In this document: piece after piece, positions 52,698-60,897 of the stretch | How the letters are laid out: the number at the start of each line of letters is the position of its first letter | Position numbering within the stretch: the stretch's first letter is position 1 | NCBI GenBank assembly: GCA_963845145.1 | Contig: CAWJQU010000002.1 | Span: 352,001 to 416,000 of the forward strand | Direction: 5' to 3' | DNA: 64,000 nucleotides | DNA from: an uncultured delta proteobacterium | GTDB taxonomy: Bacteria; Desulfobacterota; Desulfobacteria; Desulfobacterales; QNYZ01 | Position numbers and translations under genes: made by a program | The notes under the pieces: generated by a model | Told to the model about the DNA's origin: nothing | Seen by the model: only the letters and a program-made list of their open reading frames with translations | The model's database searches: none

Positions 52698-53474
52698 ATG
52701 CCGACATCACCCGAATACTTTTCCAAAACCATTGAAAAAGGAATGCGAATTCTTGAAGCGTTCGACCATGCGCATTCTGCCATAAGCCTTAAAGACATAT
52801 CAAAAGCAACCGGCATCAACCTGACGTCCACCTATCGTTTTGTCAATACATTTGAAGAGTTAGGATATCTAAGAAAAGACAACCGAAAAAAGCTGTTGAA
52901 ATTGGGGCCTAACGCGGTTGCTTTGGGACGGCGCTTTCTTACCGGATTTGAGCTATCGGAAAGTATCAATCCGCGTTTGGATGAAATCCAGGAAAAATAT
53001 AATATCACGATTGAGCTATCCCTATACCATGATGACACACTTGTCGTCATTTATCGTCGCGAAGCCAAGCATACGCTCACATCCCGGGCGCCCATGATCA
53101 GGAAATCTCTTTATTTTACGGCCTTAGGCAAAGCCATTCTGGCCTTCCTTCCCCCAGATAAATTGAATCAAATCCTCAGCCGACAACCCCTCAAGCGTAT
53201 CACGCAAAAGACCCTGGTCAAGAAAACGGCCTTAAGGGATGACCTGAAACGAACACATAAGCGCGGTTACTCGATTAACAATGAGGAGTACATGGATGGT
53301 TTGATTGCTATCGCCGCCCCACTATTTAACCTACATACCAACCAGGTTGTCGGATCGATATCTTTTGATTCTACTATTATTCAGCAATCCGTAATAGACT
53401 TCGAAAAAAAATATGCGAAGACCGTTCTTGAAGTAGGCAAGGAAATTTCCGAACTGATCCAACCGTTCATATAG
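52698..53474 (+). CDS. IclR family transcriptional regulator
   Basis: N-terminal HTH (STYRFVNT..LGYL), TALGKAILA, GYSINNEE..G..AIAAP. Confidence 0.93.
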   Translation: MPTSPEYFSKTIEKGMRILEAFDHAHSAISLKDISKATGINLTSTYRFVNTFEELGYLRKDNRKKLLKLGPNAVALGRRFLTGFELSESINPRLDEIQEKYNITIELSLYHDDTLVVIYRREAKHTLTSRAPMIRKSLYFTALGKAILAFLPPDKLNQILSRQPLKRITQKTLVKKTALRDDLKRTHKRGYSINNEEYMDGLIAIAAPLFNLHTNQVVGSISFDSTIIQQSVIDFEKKYAKTVLEVGKEISELIQPFI

Positions 53475-53588
53475 CATACATTATACAGCCAAACCGTTTT
53501 CAATATATTCGAACAAAATGGCCAATGAGAAGAAGGTTTTCCTTTGTTTTTTTCGGCGTAACTAGCTGAAGGCAAAATGATTTTTTTC

Positions 53589-53634
53589 TTGACAAAGGAG
53601 CTCCCCTTTTATACCAAACACTATTATAGTGTTT
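53589..53634 (+). promoter_or_regulatory. Promoter and putative IclR operator 2
   Basis: TTGACA at 53589; AAACACTATTATAGTGTTT palindrome at 53616-53634. Confidence 0.65.
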
Positions 53635-53887
53635 TTTTTCAAATATAGTAATTTCAAGTTCACAATACATACCCCCTATCGGAAGCCTTTTGGTTATCCG
53701 TAGAAACTATCAGGTTTTCATTATATCAGCGGGGTCAATTTGTAGGGGAAGGCACGCTAAACGAATTTTAAATGGTGTAAACGCCTTTGGTTTTTAGAAA
53801 TAACACTCACCTTGCTGCTAAAATTGTAAGCCCCAGACTATCGCGATAGGAAACTAATTAAATGCTAACGTTGTTAAGGGTTGTATA

Positions 53888-54754
53888 GTGCAGTCCAAAT
53901 CATGGAAACCCTGGGCGCTTTTAGCGCCATCGTTATCTGCTGTTTTTCTATTATTGGTTATACCAGTATGTTTTATTATCGTTTACAGCTTCTGGCTACG
54001 CGCGCCCAGCGGTGCGGACATTCCTGCATTCCAATTCGGTAATTACGCCAAGTTCTTTGAAGATTTCTTTTATCCGAAAATTCTCATTCGAACCATTCGT
54101 ATTTCCTTTGAGACTGTCTTTCTTTGCGTCGTCATGGGCTATATCCCCGCCTACTATTTCTACCGTAGCGAAAGCCGCTATAAGAAAATCTTTCTTCTGC
54201 TGATCATGCTGCCATTTTGGGTCAGCTTCATCATCCGCACGATGAGTTGGATCAACATCATGGGCGATTCGGGCCTGATTAACCATTTTCTGTTGAAGAT
54301 CGGACTGATCCAGTCGCCCATATCGATGCTGTACAACGAGTTTACCGTACTCATGGGATTGATCATGTACCTGCTGCCGTTCATGGTTCTGAATATCTAT
54401 GTCAGTCTGGAAGGTATCGACAAGAGTCTTCTAGAAGCCGCACGCTGCATGGGCTGTACCGAATGGCAGGCTTTTCGTGAAGTCACGCTCCCCTTGAGCC
54501 TTCCCGGGGTCAGTGCCGGCTGCCTGCTGGTCTTCGTGCTCACCGCCGGTACCTATCTGCCTCCCATGATACTGGGTGGCCCGGGCAACGACATGATCGC
54601 CAACCTAATTTTCAAACGAGTGATCGGCACGCTGGACTGGCCCTTCGGCTCGGCCATCAGCGTGATCCTGCTTTCCCTGTTGTTTGTAATCGTCTGGACC
54701 TACAACCGGTACCTGGGAATCAATCAGATCTTTAAAAGCCTTCAGGGAAATTAG
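53888..54754 (+). CDS. ABC transporter permease, PotB-like
   Basis: LPFWVSFIIR, LLEAARCMG EAA motif. Confidence 0.92.
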   Translation: MQSKSWKPWALLAPSLSAVFLLLVIPVCFIIVYSFWLRAPSGADIPAFQFGNYAKFFEDFFYPKILIRTIRISFETVFLCVVMGYIPAYYFYRSESRYKKIFLLLIMLPFWVSFIIRTMSWINIMGDSGLINHFLLKIGLIQSPISMLYNEFTVLMGLIMYLLPFMVLNIYVSLEGIDKSLLEAARCMGCTEWQAFREVTLPLSLPGVSAGCLLVFVLTAGTYLPPMILGGPGNDMIANLIFKRVIGTLDWPFGSAISVILLSLLFVIVWTYNRYLGINQIFKSLQGN

Positions 54755-54757
54755 ACG

Positions 54758-55555
54758 ATGAAACAATTCTCAACGGGATGGACACTGATCAGAATCTACA
54801 CGATTCTCGTCTACGTCTTTTTGTTCGCCCCCATCGTCGTGGTTATCGTACTGGCATTCAATCCCAAGCAATTCGGTATTTTCCCCATGGAGGGGGTCAG
54901 TTGGCGCTGGTTCATTAAGCTGGCCCAAAATGAATCCATCATCGATGCGTTTAAGAATTCACTTGTCCTTGGATCTCTGACTGCGGTGATATCCACCGGC
55001 ATCGGCATCCTGGCCGCCCTGGCCTTCATCCGTTTCGAATTTCCCGGCAAAAACACCCTCAACACCCTGCTGCTGTCACCGATCATGATTCCGGAAGTGG
55101 TTTTGGGTGTGGCGCTGCTGCTTTTTTTGCGATTTCTTCAACAGCCCAAGAGTTTTGCGCTACTGCTGATCGGACACGTAGTATTGACCCTGCCCTACGT
55201 GCTGTTGATCGTCCAGGCCCGGCTAGTGGGGATAAAGAAAGAATACGAAGAGGCAGCCAAATCTTTGGGCGCCAATGCTTTTCAGACCTTCAGGGAAATC
55301 ACTTTCCCGCTGTTGTTGCCGGCCATTCTGGCCGGTGCGCTTTTTGCTTTTACCATCTCTTTTGACGACATCACGGCAACGCTTTTCTGGGCCACGGCAC
55401 AAAACCAAACTGTACCGGTGAAAATCTTCAGCATGCTGAGAAATTCGATCAGCCCGGAGATCAATGCCCTGGGCACCGTCATGATCGTACTGACAGTTAC
55501 CACCCCCCTGCTTGCAGGCTATCTGTCCCGCAAGTTCTCAAAGATAAAGGATTAA
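54758..55555 (+). CDS. ABC transporter permease, PotC-like
   Basis: EEAAKSLGA, FTISFDD, PEINA. Confidence 0.92.
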   Translation: MKQFSTGWTLIRIYTILVYVFLFAPIVVVIVLAFNPKQFGIFPMEGVSWRWFIKLAQNESIIDAFKNSLVLGSLTAVISTGIGILAALAFIRFEFPGKNTLNTLLLSPIMIPEVVLGVALLLFLRFLQQPKSFALLLIGHVVLTLPYVLLIVQARLVGIKKEYEEAAKSLGANAFQTFREITFPLLLPAILAGALFAFTISFDDITATLFWATAQNQTVPVKIFSMLRNSISPEINALGTVMIVLTVTTPLLAGYLSRKFSKIKD

Positions 55556-55593
55556 GATCTTAACCTGACAACCATTAGCTGAAAGGAGTACCC

Positions 55594-56757
55594 ATGGCCA
55601 TCGTAACGAAAGAAAAATTAGATCGGGTTTACGACGCGTATAAAACCGGCAAGCTCAGCCGGCGTCACTTTCTCAAATATCTCGGTCTTGCCGGCGCGTC
55701 CATCGGATTGGTCGGCTCGCCCTTTGGAAATGCCGTCAAAAACGCCTGGGCAGCCAAGTCCATCCGCTTCGATGGCTGGGGCGGCTCGGTTTCCGAATCA
55801 TTTAGAGAATACGCCTTCAAACCCTTTACCAAAGCTACGGGTATCGACGTCATCGATGGTGAATTCGGTGACATGAACTCTTATCTGACACGCGTCAAAG
55901 CCTCCTATCCTCCAGGTGGGGAATTCAACATCGCCCATCTGAGCGCCGTGTTCGACTATGCCCGCTATGCCGAATTGGGTTTCGCGTCGAAGTTGGATGA
56001 AACCAAAATCCCCAATCTCAACAATGTCATGGAGTCCATGATCAAACCACTGCGGGAGATCACCAAGGGCACGCTCTCGGCCGTACCCTACGATTTGGGA
56101 CAGACTGGCATCGCCTATAACACCAAACATATCAGCAAAGAGAAGGCCGAGAAGCTCGGCGCATCCCTGCTGTGGGATAAAAGCTTGAAGGGCAAGTTGG
56201 GCAGTTGGGAAGGCGACTTCAGGACCAACATGTGGTATGCGGCGCTACATACCGGCCAGAGCCCGAACGACATGACCGACCTTAAGGCCATATGGGCGGC
56301 ACTGCGAGAACAGCGCGGCCTGATGAAGAAGTATTGGGCCTCCGGTGCCGAACTGATGAGCCTGCTGGCCAACGAGGAAATCTATGCCACGGTGGCCTGG
56401 TCTGGACGGGTGGCCGCACTTCAGCAGGAAGGCAACCCCATTGGTTACCTCTCCCCCAAGGGCACCTACTCCTGGATGGAATATCTCTTCGTACTGAAAG
56501 GGACCGATCTGGAAATCGCCCAGCAGTTGCTTAATTTCATGCTGGAGCCGACCGCGGCCATCGCCGTGGCAGAAGGACAGAATTATCCGCCCAGCCTGGA
56601 TCCGTCCAAGGTGCAATTAACCGATAAAATCAAGAAAATGCCGGCCTTCGACCCCACCGGCAAACTGGACGGATACCTGTTTGCCAATCCATCCTACTGG
56701 AATGCCCACCAATTGGAATGGACGGAGAAGTGGGACCGGATCAAGGCTGGCAGTTAG
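55594..56757 (+). CDS. ABC substrate-binding protein, PotD-like, Tat-exported
   Basis: SRRHFLK twin-arginine motif, AWA cleavage site; GWGG, GIAYN, AWSGR. Confidence 0.9.
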   Translation: MAIVTKEKLDRVYDAYKTGKLSRRHFLKYLGLAGASIGLVGSPFGNAVKNAWAAKSIRFDGWGGSVSESFREYAFKPFTKATGIDVIDGEFGDMNSYLTRVKASYPPGGEFNIAHLSAVFDYARYAELGFASKLDETKIPNLNNVMESMIKPLREITKGTLSAVPYDLGQTGIAYNTKHISKEKAEKLGASLLWDKSLKGKLGSWEGDFRTNMWYAALHTGQSPNDMTDLKAIWAALREQRGLMKKYWASGAELMSLLANEEIYATVAWSGRVAALQQEGNPIGYLSPKGTYSWMEYLFVLKGTDLEIAQQLLNFMLEPTAAIAVAEGQNYPPSLDPSKVQLTDKIKKMPAFDPTGKLDGYLFANPSYWNAHQLEWTEKWDRIKAGS

Positions 56758-56869
56758 TGTCAATCCATAATAGGCACAGACTGGATTATATCAATCTCAA
56801 GGTGGAACCGTCATCGCGACGGCGGTCCCACTTTTCTGGGAAAAATATAAACATAGGAGACAGAATAAC

Positions 56870-57970
56870 GTGGCGACCGGCAAGAAACAGCCCATCGTTC
56901 AATTCAAAGGCATTTTAAAGCGATTCGGCGACGTTGTCGCTGTTGAAAAAATGGATTTTGACATCGAAGAGGGCAGCCTGGTGACACTGCTGGGCCCTTC
57001 CGGTTGCGGGAAAACAACTCTGCTGCGCATGGTGGCCGGCCTGGAGGAACCCACAGAGGGCGATATTTTCATCAAAGGGGTTCGGATCAACGATACGCCG
57101 ATCCATAAGCGCAACCTGGGAATGATTTTTCAAAACTACGCCCTGTTTCCCCACAAAAACATATTTGACAACGTGGCCTTCGGGTTGAAGTACCGTGACG
57201 TGTCTAAGGGGGGCATCAAGGAGAAAGTGACCCGGGCTCTGGAAATGGTCCGCCTGCCAGGCGTGGAGAACCGCATGCCCAGCCAACTCTCAGGCGGACA
57301 GCAGCAGCGCATCGCCATGGCACGAGCCATCGTGATCGAACCGGACGTGCTGCTGATGGACGAGCCCCTTTCCGCCCTGGATGAAAACCTGAGAGAGGAA
57401 ATGCGGCGGGAGGTGGACAACCTACAGCAAATGCTTGGCGTCACCACCATCTTTGTCACCCATGACCAGCGTGAAGCGTTGAGCATGTCGGACAAAATCC
57501 TGGTCATGAAGGCTGGCCGCAAGCAGCAGGAAGGCGACCCCGAGACGGTCTACAACGAGCCGGCCAACCATTTTGTGGCCGATTTTCTGGGCCACTCCAA
57601 TTTCATCAAAGGGGAAGTCGAGGGGGTCAACGCCGATCATGTAAACGTCAGGATCGAAACCGGCGATGTCCTATTTGCAGAAAACAAGGGCGGGTTCTCG
57701 ACAGGCGACGCGGTAGAGATGATCGTCCGCGCCCAGCGCTTCGATGCCTTCCCCAAGAATGAATTCACACCGATAGAAGGGATGAACCACTTCGAGGGCC
57801 GCATCAAAGACCGCAGTTACATGGGCGGAGAGGTCAGCTACTTCATTGAGCTGGGGACCGGCCGCGAAATCCACATCATCAGCATGATGCGCACACGGCT
57901 TTACAACATCGACGAAGCGGTCAGCGTGCAGGTATCGCCCCACCACTGCCACCTGATTCCCCTGGAATAA
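56870..57970 (+). CDS. ABC ATPase, PotA-like
   Basis: GPSGCGKT, LSGGQQQR, LLMDEP, VTHDQ; TOBE-like C-terminus. Confidence 0.95.
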   Translation: MATGKKQPIVQFKGILKRFGDVVAVEKMDFDIEEGSLVTLLGPSGCGKTTLLRMVAGLEEPTEGDIFIKGVRINDTPIHKRNLGMIFQNYALFPHKNIFDNVAFGLKYRDVSKGGIKEKVTRALEMVRLPGVENRMPSQLSGGQQQRIAMARAIVIEPDVLLMDEPLSALDENLREEMRREVDNLQQMLGVTTIFVTHDQREALSMSDKILVMKAGRKQQEGDPETVYNEPANHFVADFLGHSNFIKGEVEGVNADHVNVRIETGDVLFAENKGGFSTGDAVEMIVRAQRFDAFPKNEFTPIEGMNHFEGRIKDRSYMGGEVSYFIELGTGREIHIISMMRTRLYNIDEAVSVQVSPHHCHLIPLE

Positions 57971-58009
57971 ACCGGTTGACTTCTTTTATCATAAACCTTT
58001 CGCTCTGAG

Positions 58010-58048
58010 ACCTGAAAACAGACAGCGTCGTTTTCAGGTTTTGTTTTT
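58010..58048 (+). terminator. Intrinsic terminator after ABC ATPase
   Basis: ACCTGAAAAC...GTTTTCAGGT stem followed by TTTGTTTTT. Confidence 0.7.
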
Positions 58049-58154
58049 ATGCGACTGTTGGTTGATCTGAACGTGATTGTATTTCCTGAAATACTATGGG
58101 GAAATAGGCGTTTCCGAAAATAATTTTCCAAGACCCTGTATGGAGACTAAAATA

Positions 58155-59189
58155 ATGAATTTTTCACGTGTGGCTGAGACTCTGTCGCATCGATTTACGA
58201 AGCGACTGGTAACCATTGACTCGCACACTGCCGGTGAACCAACCCGTTTAATCTTCGGCCATGAAAACCTGCCCGGAGAATCCATGGCCGATAGGCGCCG
58301 ATACCTCATGGAAAAAATGGACCATATTCGGTGTTTAATGACCCGGGAGCCCAGGGGCCACCGAAACATTTTTGCCGCACTTTTTACAGAATCGGCCACC
58401 GCCAAAGCCGACTTCGGGCTGATCTATATGGATGCTAAAAGGTACCCCTATCTATGCGGTCATGCGGTTATCGGCGCCGTGATGACGGTTATCGAATTAG
58501 GAATCATGCCGGTCGAGGACGGTATTCAGCCAATGACCGTGGACACGCCTTCAGGGCCGGTCAAGGCTGCGGCTACCGTTAAGAAGGGATTGGTTGAATC
58601 GGTTACCATTGAAATGGTGCCGGCCTTTGTTGGACAAACGGGCTGCCTGCTGGACCTGGGAAAGTTCGGTTCTATTGAGGTAGACCTGGTTTGTGTCGGC
58701 GGTTATTTCGCCATGGTGGATGTTGCCGGGATTGATGTATCCCTGAATCCGGAAAACCAGAAGAAGCTAATCGATTTGGGAATGGCGATCATCGATGCGG
58801 CCAACCGACAAATGACCATCGCCCATCCCACGCGCATCGATGTTCGTACTGTGGATGTTGTCGAATTTTATGATACGCGTCAGGACAAAAATACGCCCGG
58901 TAACAGTATTGTCGTTCTTGGCGAAGGCCATATGGATCGGTCCCCCTGCGGAACCGGCACCACGGCCAAGATGACGTTATTCCATCACAAGGGTCTACTC
59001 AGCCTCAACGAGGTGTATATAAACACCAGCCCCCTGGGAACGACTTTCGAAGGAAAACTGATCAAAAAAACACGGGTCGGCAATATTGAAGCGGTCGTGG
59101 CAGAAATCACCGGGAGTGCTTATATTACCGGTAGACATGAATTTGTCATTGACCCCCGTGACCCATTTCCCAACGGATACCTTTTATGA
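58155..59189 (+). CDS. Proline racemase family protein (Cys/Cys type)
   Basis: DSHTAGEPTR, REPRGH, LCGH, DRSPCGTGT. Confidence 0.92.
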   Translation: MNFSRVAETLSHRFTKRLVTIDSHTAGEPTRLIFGHENLPGESMADRRRYLMEKMDHIRCLMTREPRGHRNIFAALFTESATAKADFGLIYMDAKRYPYLCGHAVIGAVMTVIELGIMPVEDGIQPMTVDTPSGPVKAAATVKKGLVESVTIEMVPAFVGQTGCLLDLGKFGSIEVDLVCVGGYFAMVDVAGIDVSLNPENQKKLIDLGMAIIDAANRQMTIAHPTRIDVRTVDVVEFYDTRQDKNTPGNSIVVLGEGHMDRSPCGTGTTAKMTLFHHKGLLSLNEVYINTSPLGTTFEGKLIKKTRVGNIEAVVAEITGSAYITGRHEFVIDPRDPFPNGYLL

Positions 59190-60820
59190 ACCGCAAACAA
59201 TCGACACCGAACTTGATTCTGATCAACGCTGACGTTCGCACCCAGGATCCCCAGTTGCCGAGAGCAAATGCGGTGGCAATCGGCGGGGGCCGAATCCAGG
59301 CCGTGGGTAATGATGATGCCATCGAATCGATGAAGCGTCACGATACCCGCACGGTTGACCTCGGCGGACGGCTGGTATTGCCGGGAATGACTGATGTTCA
59401 TTTTCATGGCTATGAATGGGCCCTCAACCGGCAAAACCTCGATTTGGCGAAGACGCGCTCTTTTGACCATTTATGCCGTGAAGTCAAAGCCTGCACAGGC
59501 CGCCAAACCCCGGGGAAGTGGGTCATCGGACAGGGCTGGAATGAAACCGACTGGCCGGAGCCCCGCATTCCGTTTCGCCTGGATCTGGATGCTGTTTCGC
59601 CACGCAATCCACTGATTCTGTGGCGCTGCGACCTGCATTTAGCCGCTGCAAACACTTTGGCATTAGAAGCCGCTGGCATTGGCGAGAATACGCCCGACCC
59701 CAAAGATGGACTCATCGAACGGGATGAACACGGCCGACCCACCGGCATATTGCGGGAACTGGCGATTAATCTGGTGCGGAATGTTATCCCATCACCCTCG
59801 GAGCGGGAAGCGGCAAAGGCGCTCAAGGAGGGCATCTCCGAGCTTCATACGTTAGGGCTCACCGGCATTCACGATATTCGGTTGATGGACGATGAGGACG
59901 GCGACCGCGCGCTTCGGGCATGGCAACATCTGGATGCAAACGAAGTGCTCGACCTACGTTGCTGGGTAACATTATCCGGTGAGCGGATGGCGGCAGCCAT
60001 TGCGAAAGGGCTAAAGACCGGCACCGGCAACGATCGCTTACAAATTGGTCATCTCAAATTTTTTTCCGACGGCGGCATGGGCGCCCGCACCGCCTGGCTC
60101 TATGAGCCCTATCTGGATGCGAAATGCGGAATGCCGCTCACGCCCGTCAGCGAATTGAGATCCGCCATAATCCAAGCCGAGGCAGCCGGCCTGGCCGTCA
60201 TGATCCACGCCGTGGGAGAACGGGCCAATGGCGAGTTGATACAAATGTTTGAAGCGCACCGAAATTCAAAACGCCACGCCATTCTTCAAAATAAACCCCT
60301 AAAAATCAAGCACCGTATTGAACATGTCCAGATGATTCGCCCTGGAGATATCCCACGCCTGGCACGCACCGGTGTTGCTGTATCCGTCCAGCCCCACAAT
60401 ATGGTCCTGGACATGAACATGATCGATAGGGCAGTGGGCCGCCGCGGTCGCTGGACATATGCCTTTCGGGACCTGATTGATGCAGGTGTCCCGGTTATGC
60501 TCAGTTCCGACAGCCCGGTAGCGGACCCCAGTCCGATTACCGGTATCCACGCGGCCGTCACCCGACAAAGGACGGACGCCACCCCGGCTAAAGGGTGGTA
60601 TCCGGAATCAAGATTAGAGGTTACGGAAGCAATTCAGGGTTATACCCTGACGCCGGCTACCGTTCATGGATTAAGTGACCGCCTCGGCAGTATTGCCGTT
60701 GGTAAACACGCCGACCTGATCGTCCTGGACCGTAATCTTTACACCATCGATCCCATGGAAATCGCCGGGGTGAACGTGGATATGACCATTTTCAACGGAC
60801 GAATTGTATATTCCCGATAG
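59186..60820 (+). CDS. Amidohydrolase family 3 (YtcJ-like)
   Basis: PGMTDVHFH, KFFSDG, HAVGE, RIEHVQ, SSDSP, GKHAD. Confidence 0.92.
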   Translation: MNRKQSTPNLILINADVRTQDPQLPRANAVAIGGGRIQAVGNDDAIESMKRHDTRTVDLGGRLVLPGMTDVHFHGYEWALNRQNLDLAKTRSFDHLCREVKACTGRQTPGKWVIGQGWNETDWPEPRIPFRLDLDAVSPRNPLILWRCDLHLAAANTLALEAAGIGENTPDPKDGLIERDEHGRPTGILRELAINLVRNVIPSPSEREAAKALKEGISELHTLGLTGIHDIRLMDDEDGDRALRAWQHLDANEVLDLRCWVTLSGERMAAAIAKGLKTGTGNDRLQIGHLKFFSDGGMGARTAWLYEPYLDAKCGMPLTPVSELRSAIIQAEAAGLAVMIHAVGERANGELIQMFEAHRNSKRHAILQNKPLKIKHRIEHVQMIRPGDIPRLARTGVAVSVQPHNMVLDMNMIDRAVGRRGRWTYAFRDLIDAGVPVMLSSDSPVADPSPITGIHAAVTRQRTDATPAKGWYPESRLEVTEAIQGYTLTPATVHGLSDRLGSIAVGKHADLIVLDRNLYTIDPMEIAGVNVDMTIFNGRIVYSR

Positions 60821-60897
60821 GTTTTATTGACACAAAATGCGCCGGGTAGGTGTTCTCACAGTAAATTTTCAGGGCGTCGGGAAAAATGAGATCCCTA

